Shown here one piece after another: positions 18,008-25,104 of a stretch of 64,000 nucleotides of DNA. The DNA comes from an uncultured Chloroflexia bacterium (lineage in GTDB: Bacteria > Chloroflexota > Limnocylindria > Limnocylindrales > CSP1-4). Positions within the stretch are counted from its first letter, which is position 1, and every line of letters begins with the position of its first letter. A model generated the notes under the pieces. The model was not told the DNA's origin and did not search any database. It was given only the letters and a program-made list of their open reading frames with translations. Both the position numbers and the translations under genes were made by a program. The DNA lies in NCBI GenBank assembly GCA_963745405.1, contig CAVUWY010000002.1, forward strand, positions 1,045,013 through 1,109,012, read 5' to 3'.

Positions 18008-18035
18008 TTGACATCGAACACCCGTTCTGTATCAT
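18008..18035 (+). promoter_or_regulatory. lexA promoter with embedded LexA box
   Basis: TTGACA (18008-18013), a 16-nt spacer, then TATCAT (18030-18035). GAACACCCGTTC (18016-18027) lies in the spacer, and GGAAGGAGG precedes the GTG at 18055. Confidence 0.75.
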
Positions 18036-18054
18036 CAGCGGGAAGGAGGCGCCC

Positions 18055-18705
18055 GTGACCAGACATGACGCCGAGCGCAAGGTGAAGATCCTCGATTACA
18101 TCGCGGCCACCCTGCGCGCCCGCGGGTATCCGCCCTCGGTCCGGGAGATCGCCCGAGCGGTCGGCCTGGCCTCGACGTCGGCCGTCCACCATCATCTCCA
18201 GATCCTCGAGCGGGACGGCTACCTGGAGCGTGGCGCGGCCCAGTCGCGTGCCATCCGGCTGACCCCCACCGCCGCGATCCGCCTCGGCCTGGCGGCCGAG
18301 CTCGTGCCCCAGGCGGGCGCCGCGGAGTCGCGGGTCCTGCCCGTCATCGGCGAGGTCGCGGCCGGCGGCCCGATCGAGGCGTACCAGGACGCGTCGGAGA
18401 CGATGGCCGTCCCGGAGATGCTCGCTCCCAGCGGTGACGCCTACGTCCTCAAGGTCCGTGGCGACTCGATGATCGAGGCCCACATCGCGGACGGTGACTT
18501 CGTCCTCATCCGGCCCCAGTCGACCGCCCGCAACGGCGACATCGTCGTGGCCCAGGTCGAGGAGAACGCGGTCACCCTGAAGCGGTTCTTCAAGGAGAAG
18601 GACAAGGTCCGCCTCAAGCCGGCCAACGCGTCCTATCCGGACCAGGTCTACGACGACGTCCGGATCCAGGGGAAGCTCATCGGCGTCATCCGCCGGCTCG
18701 ACTGA
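18055..18705 (+). CDS. lexA: LexA repressor
   Basis: Contains the wHTH (GYPPSVREIARAVGLASTSAVHHHL), the cleavage-site region (VAAG) and the S24 peptidase motifs (KVRGDSMIEA...LKRF). Confidence 0.93.
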   Translation: MTRHDAERKVKILDYIAATLRARGYPPSVREIARAVGLASTSAVHHHLQILERDGYLERGAAQSRAIRLTPTAAIRLGLAAELVPQAGAAESRVLPVIGEVAAGGPIEAYQDASETMAVPEMLAPSGDAYVLKVRGDSMIEAHIADGDFVLIRPQSTARNGDIVVAQVEENAVTLKRFFKEKDKVRLKPANASYPDQVYDDVRIQGKLIGVIRRLD

Positions 18706-18742
18706 GTCTCCGCTCGATCGCCGCCGGCCATCGCCGGTTCAT

Positions 18743-18796
18743 ATGTCCACCGGATCGTCCACAGCCCGCCCACAGTCGGCCGCAGTTCGTGGATGA
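18743..18796. promoter_or_regulatory. cluster of four DnaA-box-like 9-mers upstream of dnaB
   Basis: aTGTCCACc (18743-18751), TcGTCCACA (18755-18763) and ccGcCCACA (18766-18774) lie on the plus strand, and TcATCCACg is the reverse complement of 18788-18796. Against TTGTCCACA/TTATCCACA they match 7/9, 8/9, 6/9 and 7/9. Confidence 0.25.
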
Positions 18797-18883
18797 GCCA
18801 GGACGATCCTGCGGTATTCGGGTGAGGGAAACGGCCGTCCGCAGCCCTACGATCGGCGGCATCCCTCCCTATCGGAGTCCCGC

Positions 18884-20233
18884 GTGATCGACCGCCTCCC
18901 GCCGCAGAGCCTCGAAGCAGAGCAGTCCGTGCTCGGCGCGCTCCTCATCGACCGTGACGCGATCATCGAGGTCGCCGACTTCCTCCGCCCGGAGGACTTC
19001 TACCGGCCGGCGAACGGCTCCATCTACTCGGCCGTCCTCGACCTGTACGAGCGTCGCGAGCCGATCGACATCGTGACCGTCGCCGAGACGCTCGAACGGG
19101 ACGGAGCGCTCGAGACCATCGGCGGGCGGACCTACCTCTCGAGCCTGGCCAACCAGACGCCGACCGCGGTCCACGCCGTCCCCTACGCTCGGATCGTCGA
19201 GCGCAAGGCGGTCCTCCGCAACCTCATCGCCGCCGCGGGCCGGATCGCCGGCATCGGATACGAGGATCCTGCCGAGATCCAGGAAGCGGTCGACCGGGCC
19301 GAGAGCGAGCTCTTCACGGTGAGCCAGCGGCGGATCACCGTCGGGTTCAGCCGTCTCAATCGCCTCCTCCACGACGCCTACGACCGGCTCGACTACCTCC
19401 ATGCTCATCGGGGCGAGATCAACGGCATCCGGACCGGCTTCAACGACCTCGATGCGCTGACGACCGGGTTGCAGAAGAGCGACCTCGTGATCGTCGCGGC
19501 GCGGCCATCGGTCGGCAAGACGAGCCTCGCCCTCAACATCGCCGAGCACGCCGCCGTCATCGACCGGAAGAGCGTCGGCGTGTTCAGCCTGGAGATGAGC
19601 AAGGAGCAGCTGGTCCTGCGGCTCCTGTCGAGCGTCGCCAACATCGACAGCCAGCGGCTCCGCAGCGGGTTCCTCGAGGAGCTCGACTTCGCCCGGATCG
19701 CACCCGCGATGAACTCGCTGTCCGAGGCCCCGATGTACATCGACGACACGCCGAGCATCTCGACGATGGAATTGCGCACGAAGGCCCGTCGACTGCAGGC
19801 CGAGTCCGGCCTCGACCTGATCATCGTCGACTACCTCCAATTGATGCAGGCCTCGACGACGAGCCGGGACGCGAACCGGGTCCAGGAAGTGTCGGAGATC
19901 TCCCGCGGACTCAAGTCCCTCGCTCGTGAGTTGTCGGTGCCCGTGATCGCCCTCTCCCAGCTGTCCCGTCAACCGGAGATGCGCGAGAGCAAGGAGCCAC
20001 GCCTGTCCGACCTCCGCGAGTCCGGCGCGATCGAACAGGACGCCGACCTCGTCCTGTTCCTGTGGCGCGACAAGGAACGGTCGCAGGACGACGGCGAGCA
20101 GGACGGCGAGGTCGTGAAACTCAAGCTCGCCAAGCACCGCAACGGCCCGACCGGCGAGATCGACCTGTGGTTCAAGAAGCGGCAGACCCGCTTCGTGAGC
20201 TACGCCGGCGAGCGCTACGCGGAGGCCGGCTGA
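18884..20233 (+). CDS. dnaB: replicative DNA helicase
   Basis: Listed 449-aa ORF with PPQSLEAEQSVLGALL, GFNDLD, ARPSVGKTSLALN and IVDYLQLM. Confidence 0.95.
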   Translation: MIDRLPPQSLEAEQSVLGALLIDRDAIIEVADFLRPEDFYRPANGSIYSAVLDLYERREPIDIVTVAETLERDGALETIGGRTYLSSLANQTPTAVHAVPYARIVERKAVLRNLIAAAGRIAGIGYEDPAEIQEAVDRAESELFTVSQRRITVGFSRLNRLLHDAYDRLDYLHAHRGEINGIRTGFNDLDALTTGLQKSDLVIVAARPSVGKTSLALNIAEHAAVIDRKSVGVFSLEMSKEQLVLRLLSSVANIDSQRLRSGFLEELDFARIAPAMNSLSEAPMYIDDTPSISTMELRTKARRLQAESGLDLIIVDYLQLMQASTTSRDANRVQEVSEISRGLKSLARELSVPVIALSQLSRQPEMRESKEPRLSDLRESGAIEQDADLVLFLWRDKERSQDDGEQDGEVVKLKLAKHRNGPTGEIDLWFKKRQTRFVSYAGERYAEAG

Positions 20234-20483
20234 GCACGATTCGGTGCGGCGCCGCACCGATGGAGCGGCCTGCTTCGCAGCCGTTTCCGTCGTCCCTTGG
20301 GGCTCGATCGCCCGTCGCCGTCGCTCCTCTGCGGATTTCGTGCGAAAACCTACGAAAATCCACGTGAAAACTCGGTGCGCACACGCTTGACTGCGCGCGT
20401 ATCCTCCCCTCCATGTTCGTGGCCAGCGGACTCGGGGCCCCGCTGACCCGCAGTCGACGTCAGCGCGTGGAGGTTCGACGAGG

Positions 20484-20792
20484 GTGTTCGAGGACCGCGT
20501 ACTGACCTGCCGTGATTGCTCCGAAGAATTCATCTTCTCGAGCGGCGAGCAGGCCTTCTTTGCGAGCAAGAGTCTGCAGAACGATCCCCAGCGGTGTCCG
20601 AACTGCAGAGCGGCAGCCAAGCGAGCACGAACGGTGGGTGGGCCCCGCGAATACCACACGGCGATCTGCGGCGATTGCGGTGGCCAGGCCACGGTCCCGT
20701 TCGCGCCGCGTAACGATCGCCCGGTCTACTGCAGCTCCTGCTTCGACAAGGTCCGGGCGAGCTCGAGTTCGGAGAGCGCGAGTCCCGTCTGA
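20484..20792 (+). CDS. zinc-ribbon protein (two CxxC...CxxC units)
   Basis: Listed 102-aa ORF with CRDC...CPNC and CGDC...CSSC. GGAGG lies 10 nt upstream of the GTG. Confidence 0.7.
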   Translation: MFEDRVLTCRDCSEEFIFSSGEQAFFASKSLQNDPQRCPNCRAAAKRARTVGGPREYHTAICGDCGGQATVPFAPRNDRPVYCSSCFDKVRASSSSESASPV

Positions 20793-20870
20793 CCCGGCGT
20801 CCATCCTCGCGCCTAGACTCTCGTCGAGCCCCGCACGGGCGTGGCCGACCCGCGAGCGAGGGAGACACCG

Positions 20871-21074
20871 ATGGGCGTGATCATCATCCGGGAGATGGTC
20901 GGTACGAGCCCGCGCTCGTGGAGCGATGCAGCCCGCCAGGCCGTCGCCACCGCATCGCGGACCGTCCGCAACATCCGGACGGTCGAAGTCGTGAAGTCCT
21001 CGGCGATCGTCGAGGACAGCGAGATCGTCGAATACCGGGTCGAGCTCAAGATCGGCTTCGAGTACGAGGGCTGA
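20871..21074 (+). CDS. dodecin family flavin-binding protein
   Basis: The ATG at 20871 is preceded by GAGGGAG. The 67-aa product reads ...EMVGTSPRSWSDAARQAV...YRVELKIGFEYE, typical of dodecins. Confidence 0.8.
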   Translation: MGVIIIREMVGTSPRSWSDAARQAVATASRTVRNIRTVEVVKSSAIVEDSEIVEYRVELKIGFEYEG

Positions 21075-21262
21075 CCAGGGCCGCTCCTGATCCGCACACC
21101 GAGAAGCGTCCACCGACCAACGCCGGCTGCCGAGCGCGTGCCTCGCAGCTAATCGACAGGTGAGCCCTCCGGGCGACCATCCGCCCATGGCGCTCCGACG
21201 GCCCGCCGGCCCGATCCAACCCAGCCCGGCCGCCCGATCGGTCGGCTCGGCACCAGTGCGGA

Positions 21263-21292
21263 TTGACGCGGCGCCCGGCGCATCCGTATCGT
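21263..21292 (+). promoter_or_regulatory. candidate promoter of the STAND regulator gene
   Basis: TTGACG (21263-21268), an 18-nt spacer, then TATCGT (21287-21292). Its position argues against the upstream ATG at 21187 as the start. Confidence 0.4.
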
Positions 21293-21423
21293 CTCAACGA
21301 CCCGACGTCTCCGCGACCCTCGCTCCCGGCAAGCCCAATGCCGCTTCGCGACCGCCTATCGCCGTCGGACCTGGCCGTCACGCGACCGCGGTACCGCCCA
21401 GTGCCCGCCTGGTCTCCGCCGAC

Positions 21424-24400
21424 GTGAACAACTTTCCGATCCAGCAATCGAAGGTCCAGGTCCCGCCGTTGCGGGATCAGACGCTGGCACGCGACCGTCT
21501 CCTCGAGTGGCTCCACGCGAAGGTCACTCATCGGCTGGTCTTCCTCATCGCCGAGGCGGGCTACGGCAAGACCACCCTGCTGGCCGACTTCACCCGGCGC
21601 AGTCGCCTCCGGGTGATGTGGTATCGCCTGGACGAGACCGACCGCGACTGGGTCACCGTCCTCAACCACCTGGTGGCGGCGGGCCGGGTGGCGGACCCCT
21701 CGTTCGGCTCCTCCACGTGGTCGCTCCTCGGCGAGCTCGACACGGGCGTGGCTCCGATGCAGCACATCGTGGCGACCTACATCCGCGAACTCCAGGACAT
21801 CGGGCAGCAGCCGGCGGCGCTCATCCTCGACGATTACCACCGCGTCGAGGACGTGCCGGAGATCCAGTACATCGTCCGCGAGATCGTCGCCCACGCACCG
21901 GACCGCCTCGCGATCGTCGTCGCCAGCCGACGACAGCCGTCGCTCCCGATCGCCCGCCTCCGTGCGCTCGGCGAGCTCGCCGAGCTGACCCGCGAGGACC
22001 TCCGTTTCGATCCGTCCGAGACCGAGCGGCTGTTTCGGGAGACCTACGGCAGACCGCTCGAACCCGACGTGCTCCACGAGCTCAACGATCGGACCGAGGG
22101 CTGGGCCGCCTCACTCCAGCTCGTCCAGGCGGCCCTCCGCGAGCGGTCGATGGGGGAGGCGCGGGCGTTCGTCCAGTCACTCAGCGGAGCGCGCGGGACG
22201 CTCCACGACTACCTGGCCGAGGAGGTCGTCGGCGACCTCGCTCCCGAGCTCCAGGCGTTCCTCATGCGGACGTCGATCCTCGCCGAGCTCGATCTGGAGG
22301 TCGCGGCCCTCGTTGCGGGGATCGACCACGCGACCGCGGAGCGCTTCGTCGACGATGCCGCGAGGGCTGGTCTCCTGCCCCGGACCGACGATCGGGCCCC
22401 GTCGAGGTACCACCCTCTCGTCCGGACGTTCCTCGAGGACCGTCTACGCCGCGAGATCGGCGACTCGGGAGTGGCCGATCTCCATCGGACGGTCGCCCGA
22501 TTCGGCGAATCGCGTGACTGGAAGCTCGCCGCCCAGCACTACGCGGCGGCCGGCGACACGGACGAGATCCATCGCGTCCTCGTCGCCTCGATCCAGGACA
22601 TCATGGGCGGCGGCGGCTTCGCGGTCGCGGAGTCGTACGTCCGCCGCCATCCGGAGTTCGGCGCCGACCCGACCTTCGGCCTCTTCCTCTCCCGGCGCGA
22701 CCTCTACGCAGGCGACTTCGAGCGCGCCCGCTCCCGCGCCAGCGCCGCGGTCGACGCCTTCCCTGCCGAGTCAGGCACCCACCTCTCGCACCTCGCCCTG
22801 GCGAATCAAATGTCGATCGTGGCAATGACCGGAGCGATCGACAAGGCTGCGGAACTGGCGGATGAACTGCATTCCAGACGCCCGGAATATGGGTTGGACC
22901 TCATTGCTCGCGCGACGATTGGTACAGCCGTGGTTTCCACGGATGGCGACCTTCAAGCTTTTGAGCGATTGCTCATCGAGGCGATGAGCCATCAATCGCG
23001 CCGGAGGCAGCATCACTACGTGGGGATTACGAGCCTGAACCTCGCCGTTACGTGCATTGCGATCGGAACTAATTTCGATGCGTTAGACCACGCGAATCGG
23101 GCGATCGGTCTCCTCTCTTCGACTTCGGAGGGCACTGAGCTCCCCACAGCTCGAATCGCACGCGCAGAGGCATTGATTCGTATCGGCGAAATCGCGGAAG
23201 GGGGAGCGGAGCTCAGACGAGCCGAAGCAGCGCGGGGGCCGGCACGCCAGATGGCTCTGCTGGAAGCCGCCGATATCGAGTCGCGATATGGCCGCCAGGG
23301 CGAGGCCTTGCGTCTCCTTGCCGAGGTCGACGAAACATCTCTGGTTCCAGGCGAGGCCGACTTTCGGAGAATTGTGCTTGCCGAACTGGTTGGCCGGGAG
23401 GGCGACTTCGAACGCGCCAGCGTCCTGCTCGCTGAGTCCAGCGAGATGAGGCTGCGTGAGACCGCTGCGTTCCGCGGTCGGTGGCTCATGGAGGGAGCTC
23501 GGCTTCAGTTTCGAGCCGGAAGAGATGGCCGCGAACTACTTGATCAGGCCCGACTGGTGCTCCGCCGACAAGGAGCGGCTTACTGGCTCCAGACCGCCGA
23601 CCTCATCGATGCCACACACCAAGACGCGCCACGACTTAGCGAAGTCATTTCTAACGTACTCGCATCACAACCTTCGATCGCGAGTGTTTGCGCAGACGAA
23701 CTCGCGCCGCGCCTTGGACAACTCCCAAGTGGGCCCACCGAATTGCTGCACCAAGAGGCTCGACTTAGACCCGAACGCTGGAGACCAATCGTAAGGCGAG
23801 CGGTACTCGATGGCTCGTCGTCCTCCGCGCTGGCGGCCGCCGTCATCCTGGACGAAATCGGAGAGGCCTCCGATGTTCCGTTGCTCCGCGAGTTTGCCCG
23901 CGTTCGAAAGGGCGAGGCCGTGTCGCTCGGCCGAGGCCTTGCGCGCCGAACGGCTCCGCGGTCCCACATTAATGATCTGGGCCGCGTTTCGATCGCAGTC
24001 GGAGATCGCGTCGAGGACAACTCCGCGATACGGCGCAAGGTGCTGTCGCTGGTCTGCTTCCTCACGACGCGTCCCGGTTTCGCTGCGACGCGGGACCAGG
24101 TGCTCGATGCGCTATGGCCGGACTTGGAGCCCGACGTGGCGGTCAATTCCCTAAATCAGACGATCTACTTTCTCAGAAGGGTCTTCGAGCCCTCCTATCG
24201 CGAGGATGAGTCGGCTCAATACGTTCACCACTCGGGAGAAGTGGTCCGGCTAGACACCGAACTCGTGTCGAGTCAGAGCAACCGCTGTCAAGACCTCTGC
24301 CGCGATGCCCGTCTCACGCTCGACCCTGATCTGGTCGACCGCCTAACGGCCTCTTACACGAATCGGTTCGCACTGGACTTCGAGTACGAGGAATGGGCCG

Positions 24401-24525
24401 CGCCATTTCGGCAGACACTTCACGCCGCCTACCTGGACGTCGTCGAACAGGCGATTCGCGGAGAGATCGCTCGCGGGCAATTTGATCGCGCGGGGTACCT
24501 ACGCCCGTTCCGCCATGAGGGTTGA
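21424..24525 (+). CDS. STAND P-loop NTPase - TPR-like repeats - OmpR-type wHTH - BTAD regulator; 3' end truncated by a frameshift
   Basis: Walker A is IAEAGYGKTTLL, Walker B is ALILDDYH, and a MalT-like TEGWAASLQLV segment follows. The C-terminal wHTH reads RRKVLSLVCFLTTRPGFAATRDQVLDALWPDLE...LNQTIYFLRRVF. The last BTAD helices (ARSAMRVDPEADPVEGALLQIYRSTGSYSAAAEQ) continue in another frame to a TGA at 24656-24658. Start is the GTG at 21424 (alternatives 21160/21187). Confidence 0.8.
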   Translation: MNNFPIQQSKVQVPPLRDQTLARDRLLEWLHAKVTHRLVFLIAEAGYGKTTLLADFTRRSRLRVMWYRLDETDRDWVTVLNHLVAAGRVADPSFGSSTWSLLGELDTGVAPMQHIVATYIRELQDIGQQPAALILDDYHRVEDVPEIQYIVREIVAHAPDRLAIVVASRRQPSLPIARLRALGELAELTREDLRFDPSETERLFRETYGRPLEPDVLHELNDRTEGWAASLQLVQAALRERSMGEARAFVQSLSGARGTLHDYLAEEVVGDLAPELQAFLMRTSILAELDLEVAALVAGIDHATAERFVDDAARAGLLPRTDDRAPSRYHPLVRTFLEDRLRREIGDSGVADLHRTVARFGESRDWKLAAQHYAAAGDTDEIHRVLVASIQDIMGGGGFAVAESYVRRHPEFGADPTFGLFLSRRDLYAGDFERARSRASAAVDAFPAESGTHLSHLALANQMSIVAMTGAIDKAAELADELHSRRPEYGLDLIARATIGTAVVSTDGDLQAFERLLIEAMSHQSRRRQHHYVGITSLNLAVTCIAIGTNFDALDHANRAIGLLSSTSEGTELPTARIARAEALIRIGEIAEGGAELRRAEAARGPARQMALLEAADIESRYGRQGEALRLLAEVDETSLVPGEADFRRIVLAELVGREGDFERASVLLAESSEMRLRETAAFRGRWLMEGARLQFRAGRDGRELLDQARLVLRRQGAAYWLQTADLIDATHQDAPRLSEVISNVLASQPSIASVCADELAPRLGQLPSGPTELLHQEARLRPERWRPIVRRAVLDGSSSSALAAAVILDEIGEASDVPLLREFARVRKGEAVSLGRGLARRTAPRSHINDLGRVSIAVGDRVEDNSAIRRKVLSLVCFLTTRPGFAATRDQVLDALWPDLEPDVAVNSLNQTIYFLRRVFEPSYREDESAQYVHHSGEVVRLDTELVSSQSNRCQDLCRDARLTLDPDLVDRLTASYTNRFALDFEYEEWAAPFRQTLHAAYLDVVEQAIRGEIARGQFDRAGYLRPFRHEG

Positions 24526-24684
24526 CCCAGAGGCTGACCCAGTCGAAGGGGCTCTCTTGCAGATCTACCGGTCTACCGGGTCGTACTCGGCTGCAGCAGA
24601 GCAAGCGTCCCACTACCACTCGCTTGGCTTCGACGACGATGTTCTCGCCGGTGCGTGAATCGACTCGATAGGTAACGTGCCGTA

Positions 24685-24714
24685 TTGACCGGTGGCGTCC
24701 GGCATCCCTATAGT
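24685..24714 (+). promoter_or_regulatory. strong sigma-70-type promoter in non-coding DNA
   Basis: TTGACC (24685-24690), an 18-nt spacer, then TATAGT (24709-24714). Confidence 0.5.
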
Positions 24715-24720
24715 CCGGCC

Positions 24721-24853
24721 CACTTCGTAGTACTCCAGTACTAGGAAGCAAAGTTAAGTACCTCGGACGCGCCGATGCACCACCTGAAATGGGCACTTAG
24801 GGTGGGGCGGAGCGAGTAGTGCAACCGACCGACCTAGTCATTAGGTCGGTTTT
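24721..24853 (+). ncRNA. candidate small RNA (about 130 nt) bounded by promoter and intrinsic terminator
   Basis: It starts about 7 nt after the TATAGT and ends at a hairpin plus U-tract. It contains the palindrome TAGTACTccAGTACTA (24728-24743). The longest ORF spotted inside is only 14 codons, and no known RNA family was recognised. Confidence 0.3.
24829..24853 (+). terminator. rho-independent terminator
   Basis: CCGACCTA-gtcat-TAGGTCGG (8-bp stem, 5-nt loop) followed by TTTT. Confidence 0.55.
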
Positions 24854-24939
24854 CGTGTCTCAAGGGACACGGAGGCCGCGAGGAGGATCGAGCGTGACGC
24901 CCGAAACGCTCAACAAGGGCTGGTAGTCGCGGCTCGCTG

Positions 24940-24965
24940 GAGTACGACCGATGCGGTTCGTACTC
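24940..24965 (+). other. hairpin enclosing the SD and start codon of a small hydrophobic ORF
   Basis: GAGTACGA (24940-24947) pairs perfectly with TCGTACTC (24958-24965). The SD GGAG (24939-24942) is in the left arm and the ATG at 24951 is in the loop. Confidence 0.35.
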
Positions 24966-25040
24966 TTGCGTCTGGCTGCCGCTCTGAGCGCTATCGTCGC
25001 TCTCGCGCTGGCAGGGGGGGCGTCCCTAAGGGGCTTCTAG
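24951..25040 (+). CDS. 29-aa hydrophobic peptide ORF (signal-peptide-like or small membrane peptide)
   Basis: MRFVLLRLAAALSAIVALALAGGASLRGF, with GGAG 8 nt upstream. It is below the ORF-track cutoff and could equally be a gene remnant. Confidence 0.25.
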   Translation: MRFVLLRLAAALSAIVALALAGGASLRGF

Positions 25041-25104
25041 TACGTTGGTCGGGTTCTGAGGCGAAGTCGGAGGGATTAGAGTTCGGCTCGATACCGAGAT
25101 CCAC

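Noticed and set aside
21160-21423. Upstream starts (21160/21187) for the STAND regulator
   Set aside because: A reasonable promoter (TTGACG-18-TATCGT, 21263-21292) lies downstream of them. The region has weaker third-position GC bias, and MalT-like similarity begins right after the GTG at 21424. They are kept only as alternatives.
24314-24796. 160-aa minus-strand ORF in the low-GC gap
   Set aside because: It overlaps the 3' end of the STAND gene and its frameshifted BTAD tail. It has no recognisable motifs and no SD.
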